From positions 1-34,238 of IMG/VR virus record IMGVR_UViG_3300031949_000117: DNA of 34,238 nt; one strand, written 5' to 3'. Position 1 is the stretch's first letter. The number at the start of each line of letters is the position of its first letter. Of this stretch, positions 16,967 through 23,825 are shown in pieces. The notes below the pieces were generated by a model. That model saw only the letters and a list, made by a program, of their open reading frames with translations. It ran no database searches and was not told the DNA's origin. Made by a program: the position numbers and the translations under genes. This DNA comes from a virus (lineage: Duplodnaviria; Caudoviricetes).

Positions 16967-17041
16967 TGGATGCAGAGGAAGGAATTGAACCTTCTACCTC
17001 TAGGTTATGAGCCTAGCGAGCTACCGATGCTCCACTCTGCG
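16967..17041 (-). tRNA. tRNA-Met (CAT), initiator (fMet) type
   Basis: Cloverleaf CGCAGAG/CTCTGCA, D-stem GAGC/GCTC, anticodon stem CTAGG/CCTAG with loop CT-CAT-AA, T arm GAAGG-TTCAATT-CCTTC, encoded CCA; C1:A72 mismatch and A11-U24. Confidence 0.95.
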
Positions 17042-17049
17042 TAGACTTC

Positions 17050-17139
17050 GAGTGCAACTGGAAGCGTTCATCCGTTATCAGGGCCATCTCCCTTATCCGG
17101 CAGTATAGCTATTGGCTGATGGGCCATATCAGCGCACTC
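17050..17139 (-). ncRNA. Candidate structured RNA immediately upstream of the tRNA
   Basis: Closing stem GAGTGC/GCACTC; internal hairpin GCTGAT/ATCAGC; ATGGCCC occurs twice at hairpin apices. Confidence 0.35.
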
Positions 17140-17175
17140 TGGAATAACCCCTGCTCTCGCAGGGGCTCGACCAGA
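17138..17175 (-). terminator. GNRA-capped hairpin after the 221-aa gene (weak terminator or processing site)
   Basis: AGCCCCTGC-GAGA-GCAGGGGTT, extended by TCTGG/CCAGA; only a short U-rich tail. Confidence 0.45.
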
Positions 17176-17184
17176 AAGCCTTGC

Positions 17185-17850
17185 TTAGGCAGTTGCCAGG
17201 TTATCCAGCTCAGCGTCCGCGTCCACCTTCGTGGATTTCGCAAGCCGCTCGTCCTCCATCCGCTTGACCACCTTCCCGACCTTGGAGTTCGGGTTGCGGA
17301 AGGAATCATACAGCTCCTTGCGGGACAGCTTCTCGCTCTTGGCCTTGGCGTCGTCCAGCTTCTTCTGCAGGAACGCCTTGACTTGATCGAGAGTCTTGCC
17401 GGAGACTTCCACCAGCGCTTGCACGACCACCGAGGCACCAGCGAACCCGCCGCCGCCTTCACTGACTGCGCGCCATACGCCTTCGCCGTAGAGCTGATCG
17501 TGCAGGCTGTCTGTTGCCAGCACCATGTCATCCTCGCTCAGCGGCTTGTCGGCTGGGGCGGCCAGTTCATCCCCGTATTTCTGCTCTCCGCCGTGGCCGG
17601 CGAACTTGGGGATCAGCCCGGCTCTGATCGGATACACCCGGCTCTTCCCGTTGCGGTAGTCCATACGGATCTTGACCGCGCCCTCTTCCAGCGTGATGGT
17701 CGCGCCATCCACGATGATCTTGGACTCGTCGATCAGTGTCTCCTTCTGAACCTTCCGCTTCCCGGCGAAGCCGACTTCCCGTCCATCTTCCATCTTGACG
17801 AGGGTGATTTCGGTCTTGGCCTTCTTGCTGCTTTCTTGCGCTTCTGCCAT
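17185..17850 (-). CDS. Hypothetical early protein, paralog of 21182-21745
   Basis: AGGAG RBS, strongly biased codon usage; shares W....GGGG, V.A...V.G and KVDAD..L..LA with 21182-21745. Confidence 0.85.
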   Translation of the reverse strand: MAEAQESSKKAKTEITLVKMEDGREVGFAGKRKVQKETLIDESKIIVDGATITLEEGAVKIRMDYRNGKSRVYPIRAGLIPKFAGHGGEQKYGDELAAPADKPLSEDDMVLATDSLHDQLYGEGVWRAVSEGGGGFAGASVVVQALVEVSGKTLDQVKAFLQKKLDDAKAKSEKLSRKELYDSFRNPNSKVGKVVKRMEDERLAKSTKVDADAELDNLATA

Positions 17851-17922
17851 GATATGACTCCTATCTAAGGGTGAGCAGCCTATTATAAGGGGCGCTGCTC
17901 GAACTCCCCATGAGGAAACCGG

Positions 17923-17951
17923 ACTATACCATCATTTCCGCCGAATGTCAA
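17923..17951 (-). promoter_or_regulatory. Near-consensus sigma70 promoter
   Basis: TTGACA-N17-TATAGT, with TG upstream of the -10. Confidence 0.85.
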
Positions 17952-18120
17952 CGAAGGGAATAGCGAGCTGCAGCCCTTCTCGCTCAAAGCCTAGAAGCCG
18001 CATACCCTTATCGGTAAAGGGCTTGGGTTCACAGCAGAGCCGCTGCCCGAGCTGTCGGCTAATCGCTTGGTCGCCGGCCACAGGCCGGGGAATGCTGGTG
18101 CGGAGGTAAGTGACTCTCAT
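17932..18120 (-). CDS. Hypothetical protein
   Basis: GGAGG RBS, ATG 18120 (MRVTYLRTSIPRP...). Confidence 0.5.
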   Translation of the reverse strand: MRVTYLRTSIPRPVAGDQAISRQLGQRLCCEPKPFTDKGMRLLGFEREGLQLAIPFVDIRRK

Positions 18121-18376
18121 ATAGCTTCCTCCGTGTTTTGGTTTCTGAGGGTTTCTGCAATCGTCAGCGCTATAATCGCCTTCGCTGCCTCCAGCGTGGA
18201 GGAGTGACCTAAGTATACCCCGCCTAGCCAAGCGTGATAACGCTCGCTACTTACCCAGCGGTAGTTCTTCCGTTCATGCTTCCTGATGAAGCGCTTCTGG
18301 CCTTCGTAGGTAGCGACTGCCGCGGCCCTGCGGCACTCAAAACCCTGGGGAGACTTCCAGTTGATCTTTATATCAC
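18117..18376 (-). pseudogene. Open frame lacking a canonical in-frame start (frameshifted or ATA-initiated gene)
   Basis: IKINWKSPQGFECRRAAA...TEEAI* runs 18371-18117 and its stop overlaps the next ATG; the GTG at 18376 is out of frame by 2 nt. Confidence 0.4.
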
Positions 18377-18534
18377 CACCCTGCCTTTCTTGGCGTGAGT
18401 TTATGCCAGCACTGTCCCAGACCGCGTTGATGCAGCCAAAGATACGCTCCGCAGAGACAGACTCGCGGGCGAGATAGAACGATTAAGATTCGCTGGTGAG
18501 GGCGGGCGAGACAGGGGAGGGGAGCTTGGTTCAT
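18373..18534 (-). CDS. Possible small Cys/His-containing protein
   Basis: AAGGAG RBS; ATG 18534 overlaps the upstream stop. Confidence 0.45.
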   Translation of the reverse strand: MNQAPLPCLARPHQRILIVLSRPRVCLCGAYLWLHQRGLGQCWHKLTPRKAGW

Positions 18535-18707
18535 GCGCTCTCCTTCCTCTTCCCGCTGCTCGCCAGCGTAGTCCACTCGATCTTCGCATCGCTAAGGAGC
18601 TGCATCAGCAGCTCTGCTTCCCGCGAGTGTTCAGGAACCTGATAGACCAGCACGTCGGATTTGCCCGGGGCTGGTCGCGGGTCTACAGCGATTAGGCGGA
18701 TTATCAT
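18531..18707 (-). CDS. Hypothetical 58-aa protein (below ORF-track cutoff)
   Basis: MIIRLIAVDPRPAPGKSDVLVYQV...; ATGA overlaps at both ends. Confidence 0.55.
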   Translation of the reverse strand: MIIRLIAVDPRPAPGKSDVLVYQVPEHSREAELLMQLLSDAKIEWTTLASSGKRKESA

Positions 18708-18976
18708 CTCAGCAACTCCTTCAGTCCCTCTGCGAACTTCCGCGGCCCAACGCCGGATTTCTTGACCACCACCGCTCCGAGTTCCTTCTGTATGCTGTAG
18801 CCTATCCCATCGCAGCCCCAGACACTTCCTGGCCGTGACATGATGAAGCGGGAGAGGATAGTATGGGCCTCCTGCAGCTCTCGGTCGAAGTCCTCTGCTG
18901 CGATGTTCGGCTTGCTGACATTCACAACAGACTCGTCGTGAGTGATCGAGAAGCCTTTATACGTGACGGTTTTCAT
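18704..18976 (-). CDS. Hypothetical protein
   Basis: Leader AGAGGCTCAGATG. Confidence 0.65.
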   Translation of the reverse strand: MKTVTYKGFSITHDESVVNVSKPNIAAEDFDRELQEAHTILSRFIMSRPGSVWGCDGIGYSIQKELGAVVVKKSGVGPRKFAEGLKELLR

Positions 18977-19044
18977 CTGAGCCTCTGTGTTCGCGGCCTG
19001 ATCGCCGCCGAAAGGGGCCGGTTGCCCAGCCCCTTCAGGCGTGG

Positions 19045-19227
19045 TCAGTCCTTCCAGGTCACGGTCACTTCGATCTCATTCGCAGGAATCGACCCCATCA
19101 CCGCTTGCTCGACGTAGACGCTTTCCACGACCGGCTTGTCACTTGCTGCTGGACGCGGCGTAGCCTTGAATACGTGGGTGTTCTTGGTGCTTTTGTAGAT
19201 CTGCATATTAACAATCTTGCTTGGCAT
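19045..19227 (-). CDS. Hypothetical protein
   Basis: Leader GGAGGCTCAAATG; followed by a GCAA-tetraloop hairpin (~19010-19036). Confidence 0.65.
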   Translation of the reverse strand: MPSKIVNMQIYKSTKNTHVFKATPRPAASDKPVVESVYVEQAVMGSIPANEIEVTVTWKD

Positions 19228-19239
19228 TTGAGCCTCCAG

Positions 19240-19473
19240 TTAAGCCTTCCATTGATAAGAGCCGACTCCGACTCGCTGCACCTGTCCAGCCCGCACCAGT
19301 GCATCCAGCGCGTTCCTGATTTCCTTGTCAGTGAATTGCCGCAGGTCGGCGGCCAGGGTAAGCCGTGCTGGTGTGAACAGTTCCTCACATCCAGCTTCCT
19401 CGCATATTGCGATTTGACAGGCCTTGTGACGCGACACGCGGCCCAGGCCAGGAATTGCAATTTCCTCTTTCAT
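19240..19473 (-). CDS. Small winged-helix-like protein
   Basis: GGAGG RBS; FTPARL...EIRNALDALVRAGQVQRVGVGSYQ resembles a wHTH recognition helix and wing. Confidence 0.55.
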   Translation of the reverse strand: MKEEIAIPGLGRVSRHKACQIAICEEAGCEELFTPARLTLAADLRQFTDKEIRNALDALVRAGQVQRVGVGSYQWKA

Positions 19474-19546
19474 TTCACCTCCAGTCCCGGCACGCCATTG
19501 CGCCAAATTCCATTCTACCACACCACCCCATCGTCGGGTGAAAGAG

Positions 19547-19645
19547 TTAGCCCTTCCGCCGCAACTCTTTCAAATACCACAGCAGCCAGATCCCGGCTCC
19601 GAAGGTCGCGGCCATCCAGAAAATCATCATCAGCAAGTCTCTCAT
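19547..19645 (-). CDS. 32-aa single-TM peptide
   Basis: AGGAG RBS; MRDLLMMIFWMAATFGAGIWLLWYLKELRRKG. Confidence 0.5.
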   Translation of the reverse strand: MRDLLMMIFWMAATFGAGIWLLWYLKELRRKG

Positions 19646-19780
19646 TTCAGTCTCCTATTCTCACCGCGAACTTGATCCAGTATTCGAATTTCCTCTTCAG
19701 CACCGGGGCGCACTGGGCGACACCACAAACCCCGCGCAAATCCCGCCACTTGATACAAGCCGTCCTGAAGCACGGAGCCT

Positions 19781-19822
19781 CCCTTGGCCGCCGACATCTC
19801 ATCCCCCCCTTGGCCGCCGACA
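19781..19822. repeat. 16-bp direct repeat, two copies
   Basis: CCCTTGGCCGCCGACA at 19781-19796 and 19807-19822. Confidence 0.85.
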
Positions 19823-19836
19823 CCCGTCGGCTCGGC

Positions 19837-20217
19837 TCAGCTATCCAGTATAATTCCACCCTTCGAAAGTCGGTCGCTGGGCAACCGCTGCCCTGGATCA
19901 GCCAACGCTGCGGCCCGTTCAATATCCTCTTTGCATTCCAGGTAATCCTTCACCTGCTTCTCCATCCCCGCAATGCTCTCCTTCGCTAGTCCGTCTATCG
20001 CGCCTTGCAGCACGAACAGCGCTTGCCCTATCGCTCGGTTCCCGCGGCCTTGCCGCGCCACAATCCCCAGTGCGTGGTTGATCGCTCCCAGCGACATGGT
20101 AAGCCGGAAGAGCCGCGGCCCATGTCGCTCCACCAGCGGCTTGAGTGCTTCCGGCACATTCTGCAGCCACCTCTCCTCCTCGGTCAATTCAGGCATTGCT
20201 GCTGGTGCTTCCGGCAT
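19837..20217 (-). CDS. Hypothetical protein
   Basis: AGGAG RBS before ATG 20217; helical sequence. Confidence 0.65.
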   Translation of the reverse strand: MPEAPAAMPELTEEERWLQNVPEALKPLVERHGPRLFRLTMSLGAINHALGIVARQGRGNRAIGQALFVLQGAIDGLAKESIAGMEKQVKDYLECKEDIERAAALADPGQRLPSDRLSKGGIILDS

Positions 20218-20563
20218 TGGGTTCTCCTGTGAGTTCATCGGTCATCTTATCTCCAGCGTGCTCTTTCTCTCGCGCCTTCGCAATATCCTCGGCCATTCGA
20301 TCTCGGCTTAGGCCCTTCTGCACCTCCATTAGTCGGGCGGCCGAAGCGTTCAGATCCTCCTCTGTCACCGGGTCTGGCACGTTCTGCCAAACTTCCCCAC
20401 GCAGTATCCGTCCGATCTGCACGACCGACACTCCGTATTCTTGGCACAGTTGCCCCTGCGTAATTCCTCCCTTCCGATAGCGCGCGCGGATTTCCATTAC
20501 CTGCCCTGCATTCAGCTTCGCACTCTTGGTGTTCCGCGGCCAGAACTTTCCGCTTGGCATCAC
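20189..20563 (-). CDS. Stand-alone HTH DNA-binding protein (homing-endonuclease-type C-terminal domain)
   Basis: SAKLNAGQVMEIRARY...TQGQLCQEYGVSVVQIGRILRGEVW. Confidence 0.7.
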   Translation of the reverse strand: MMPSGKFWPRNTKSAKLNAGQVMEIRARYRKGGITQGQLCQEYGVSVVQIGRILRGEVWQNVPDPVTEEDLNASAARLMEVQKGLSRDRMAEDIAKAREKEHAGDKMTDELTGEPNAGSTSSNA

Positions 20564-20889
20564 CAGTCTCCGTTACGTATCAGGTATTCTATCAGGTTCT
20601 GTAATAACTCTTTGTTATCTTTTATCTTCCCCAGGAAATCATTGCATCCTCTGCATAGGAGTCCTCTTACCTTTCCTGTTTCATGGTCATGGTCTACTTC
20701 TGGGCGCTTTGCGAAGATTACATCTTTAGTCAGTGGGTGAGCTAGTTGTCCTTTGCATCCTGCGCATTTACCGTCTTGCACAGTCCACAGTTTGTTGAAC
20801 CCCTCAAGTGTTATTTTATAGTGTATCCATAGATTGGGCACGTATTGCCTTCCGGCCCATCCGCCGACAACCAGGACTTCTTTCGCCAT
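20560..20889 (-). CDS. Recombination endonuclease VII family protein
   Basis: YKITLEGF...QDGKCAGC...VDHDHETGKVRGLLCRGCNDFLG. Confidence 0.88.
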   Translation of the reverse strand: MAKEVLVVGGWAGRQYVPNLWIHYKITLEGFNKLWTVQDGKCAGCKGQLAHPLTKDVIFAKRPEVDHDHETGKVRGLLCRGCNDFLGKIKDNKELLQNLIEYLIRNGDW

Positions 20890-20916
20890 TGCTTGCTCCT
20901 TCGTTAAGCTTTCCCA

Positions 20917-20945
20917 AGTATATCACAATCTAGTTAATAAGTCAA
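20917..20945 (-). promoter_or_regulatory. Near-consensus sigma70 promoter
   Basis: TTGACT-N17-TATACT, with TG extended -10. Confidence 0.85.
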
Positions 20946-20958
20946 TAAAGGGAATACA

Positions 20959-21119
20959 CACATCATACAACACACGATGCGGTATACCTTCCGAGACTCA
21001 GGCGCGTCGGTTCTAAGGTCTGTGTTTAAAAAAAAAAGAAAGTAAAAAAACAAACCCTAAGCCCCGCTTTTTCCAGGCGGCTTTCTGGAGAGCATACCGC
21101 AATGTGTGTTGTTGTTGTG
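20959..21119. repeat. Imperfect ~27-bp inverted repeat flanking A-tracts
   Basis: CACATCATACAACACACGATGCGGTAT (20959-20985) / ATACCGCAATGTGTGTTGTTGTTGTG (21094-21119); long A runs at ~21027-21054. Confidence 0.65.
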
Positions 21120-21137
21120 CATACCGAATTTCAGGCG

Positions 21138-21164
21138 AAAAAAAAACCGGGCATTTCTGCCCGG
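21138..21164 (-). terminator. Intrinsic terminator
   Basis: CCGGGCA-GAAA-TGCCCGG followed by T9 on the minus strand. Confidence 0.9.
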
Positions 21165-21181
21165 TCAAATTTCCAACCTGC

Positions 21182-21745
21182 TTACGCGAGTTCTTCGAGC
21201 GCCTTGTCTGCATCCACCTTCGGCGCAGGCATTTTCTCGCGCCTGATCTCCTCCATCGCTTCCGCCACCCGTTTCCCGCTTCGCAGAAACGCAAGGGCTG
21301 CTTTTGTATCCCCTCCAAATGACATCTCTTTCCCGTCCGGCATCCTGCGTTTCGCGCTCGCGTATTGCGCGACAAAGGCCTCGGCCGTTTCGTAATTGAC
21401 GCCCTTGACTCGGGCAATCGCTTCAACGGTCAAGCTCCGTCCGCCCCCACCCGCGCCGGTCAGCGTCCAGTCCGCCGTCCCCGATTGATAATGCTCGATC
21501 AGGGATTGCATAGCCAACGATTTCTCGGCTGGCGATGCCGGAATACCCGTTTTCGGGTCGCGGGATTTCGCAGCCTTGTCCGCGATTCGATCCGACATTC
21601 CCTCAACCAGCGCCCGTTCCAATACCTCCGGGCTGATTTGGTCGCGGTGCAATGTCAGGGTTCCGACACCAGCTACGCCGAATGACCAGATACCGTCGGC
21701 GTATGACGTGGATACAACGCTGTTGCTTTTCGGTTTGTTTCTCAT
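21182..21745 (-). CDS. Hypothetical first early protein, paralog of 17185-17850
   Basis: Leader GGAGGTTCAGATG at ATG 21745; motifs shared with 17185-17850. Confidence 0.8.
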   Translation of the reverse strand: MRNKPKSNSVVSTSYADGIWSFGVAGVGTLTLHRDQISPEVLERALVEGMSDRIADKAAKSRDPKTGIPASPAEKSLAMQSLIEHYQSGTADWTLTGAGGGGRSLTVEAIARVKGVNYETAEAFVAQYASAKRRMPDGKEMSFGGDTKAALAFLRSGKRVAEAMEEIRREKMPAPKVDADKALEELA

Positions 21746-22221
21746 CTGAACCTCCGATATGCGTGAGTCGTCCGCCCGCACAATGCGGGAGACGATGACA
21801 CGCCGTAATGTTAAAGAGCAAATGCACTGTTCTGGTGCATGTCCGGCGACCGCCGGATACCACTCTGACATGCAAACCGCGTGCCAGTTCCCCACTCAAT
21901 GCAATCAATGGGTTACGTGGAGGGGTGGCTGGTGATGTGCCGCCCTGCGTCACATTGTGCCGCAATTTGCGGCTGGTCAATCATGCACCAATTCAGTGCA
22001 TTGTATACCTTATCATGTTGCGCTGCAGCATCGCCACCCATGCGGCACTGCACCATCGCCCACCCCTTGCCGCCGCGAGCCCGGAATCAAGGGGCCGGGG
22101 GGAAATCGCGGCCCCTGAAAAAATTGATAAATGCACTGGGAAATTTTCCAGTCCCCTGGGTATTAGACGTCTACGGGCCGAAGGCCCGAAGGATAGATGC
22201 CCGGGGAGACGCCTGAAGGGT

Positions 22222-22253
22222 AGATGTCCATTATGGGGAGATAATAGACGCCT
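22222..22253. promoter_or_regulatory. 32-bp palindromic site, copy 3
   Basis: AGATGTCCATTAT-GGGGAG-ATAATAGACGCCT upstream of the packaging genes. Confidence 0.65.
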
Positions 22254-22324
22254 AGCGGCGCAGCCTAAGCGTTCCCGGCGTCCAAAAACCGTTCCGACGG
22301 TGGGGCTTCCCTTTGGGGGTAGAT

Positions 22325-22335
22325 TGTGGTATAAT
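22325..22335 (+). promoter_or_regulatory. Extended -10 promoter for the structural arm
   Basis: TGTGGTATAAT; no good -35. Confidence 0.6.
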
Positions 22336-22442
22336 GCAATATGGTTCCTGCGTCTACTTCAGCTGCTTTCCAGGCCGGCGATGCGCTGGTAGAGGAGCTA
22401 CAGGGTGGATCTCAAGCCCGGGGGCCCAACGGAGCACCAACG

Positions 22443-22922
22443 ATGGGGCGGCTGCAGAAGTGCAGTTATACCCACGACGCGCTAATCGACTTGATCATCA
22501 GCAATCCCGAGATGACTCAAAATCACCTGGCCGCTCACTTTGGATACACCCCTCCCTGGATCAGTAACATCCTGGCCTCCGACGCCTTCCAGGAGAAGAT
22601 GGCCGCGCGCCGGGAAGAGATCATCGACCCGGAATTGAAGGCAACAATCGAAGAGCGCTTCCGCGCGCTTGTGATTCGTTCCCTGCAGGTGCTGCAGGAG
22701 AAGCTGAATGCTCCGCAGGTCAGTGATCTTGTCGCCCTCCGCGCAGCGGAGCTGGGAGCGAAGGCCCTGGGAGTCGGCGGCCACGCGGCCCCGAAACCGC
22801 AGGAAGCGAGTAGTGACCGGCTGGAGCGTCTTGCCACCAGGCTAGTCGCACTGCAATCACGAACGAGAGAAAGGGTGATAGATGGCGAAGTTCAAGTCCT
22901 TGAAACTAAGCCGATCAGCTGA
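22443..22922 (+). CDS. Putative terminase small subunit (alternative start 22341)
   Basis: N-terminal HTH (TQNHLAAHFGYTPPWISNIL) then helices; first gene of the late arm, upstream of TerL. Confidence 0.6.
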   Translation: MGRLQKCSYTHDALIDLIISNPEMTQNHLAAHFGYTPPWISNILASDAFQEKMAARREEIIDPELKATIEERFRALVIRSLQVLQEKLNAPQVSDLVALRAAELGAKALGVGGHAAPKPQEASSDRLERLATRLVALQSRTRERVIDGEVQVLETKPIS

Positions 22923-22968
22923 GTCCTGCGTCCCCACGCCAGGGAGCCCGATTCGCCTGCACGCGCAG

Positions 22969-23106
22969 ATGGCCGGCGACCCTGTGCGTAGTGTGGGCGG
23001 CGGCTACCGCTGGGGAAGCCGCGGAAAGACTTACCGAGGAAAGGGCGCGAAGCGGAGGGCGGCCAGGCAAGGCCGTGCGGCCTACGCCAGTGGATACAAG
23101 GGATGA
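22969..23106 (+). CDS. Small basic protein
   Basis: MAGDPVRSVGGGYRWGSRGKTYRGKGAKRRAARQGRAAYASGYKG; ATGA overlap with the next gene. Confidence 0.6.
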   Translation: MAGDPVRSVGGGYRWGSRGKTYRGKGAKRRAARQGRAAYASGYKG

Positions 23107-23354
23107 GCTTAGCCCGCGCAATTCAGTTACTGCAGGCGGAAGTTGCTGCCTTTGGTCAGGGGACCAAGAATCAGCCGGCGGAGAAATCAACTGAGTGGTT
23201 TCTCCTGCGGGCGAAGGCTAGCGGTCTGTCCCTACTCAAACGAATGCAGCAGCTCGACGTGGAGAATGACCCGGCCGCCGCCGAGCATTACTATCGGCGG
23301 GCGTCTAAGGAAGCGAAACTAGAGACCGCGGAGGCACCAGTTGAACCGAGCTGA
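23103..23354 (+). CDS. Hypothetical protein
   Basis: Coupled ORF. Confidence 0.6.
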   Translation: MSLARAIQLLQAEVAAFGQGTKNQPAEKSTEWFLLRAKASGLSLLKRMQQLDVENDPAAAEHYYRRASKEAKLETAEAPVEPS

Positions 23355-23652
23355 GCTCTCTCCGAAGCTCACCGGCGAGACGAAGCTCTATACCTTCGAT
23401 TTCACCAGCGAGCTCGCTGTGGGAGAAACCATCTCCACGAAGGCTGTAACGGCTGCTGTCTATTCAGGGACGGATGCCAGCCCCTCCTCTATCGTGTCTG
23501 GCTCGGCAACCTCCTCTGGGGCCATCGTCACCCAGGCAATAACTGGAGGCACCCTCGGAGTGATCTACGAGCTTACCTGTCAAATCACGACTTCGCTCTC
23601 GCAGACCCTGCAGCAGATTGGGCTGTTGGCTCTCGTGCCGAAGGAGCCTTGA
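23341..23652 (+). CDS. Beta-rich putative virion accessory protein
   Basis: K..GE...YTFDF...L..GETI....V...ITGGTLG..YELTCQITT pattern. Confidence 0.6.
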   Translation: MNRAELSPKLTGETKLYTFDFTSELAVGETISTKAVTAAVYSGTDASPSSIVSGSATSSGAIVTQAITGGTLGVIYELTCQITTSLSQTLQQIGLLALVPKEP

Positions 23653-23825
23653 TGGCTGATCCTCGGCCTCAGGACAACGCGCTGGATGCTCCACCAGAGT
23701 ATCTGCAGTCTGGAGAGGATGTGCATGTGTATCCTATCTTTGGCCCTCCTCACATCATGTGGGATCGCTGCTGGTGTCATCCAGAGCGGGATGGGCTGGT
23801 AGTAATCCACAACACGGTGCATTGA
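23652..23825 (+). CDS. 57-aa His/Cys protein (below ORF-track cutoff)
   Basis: VHVYP...H....CWCHP.....VVIHN; TGATG overlaps at both ends. Confidence 0.6.
   Translation: MADPRPQDNALDAPPEYLQSGEDVHVYPIFGPPHIMWDRCWCHPERDGLVVIHNTVH

Noticed and set aside
16967-17041. tRNA as prophage attachment site
   Set aside because: Phage genes on both sides, no duplicated tRNA 3' end and no integrase in the window.
19105-19989. 294-aa plus-strand ORF
   Set aside because: Antisense to several small minus-strand genes with good RBSs; no motifs; shadow ORF.
21808-22392. ORFs of 111-194 aa across the divergence region
   Set aside because: No RBS, Arg/Pro/Cys-rich low-plausibility sequence, overlapping repeats and promoter motifs.
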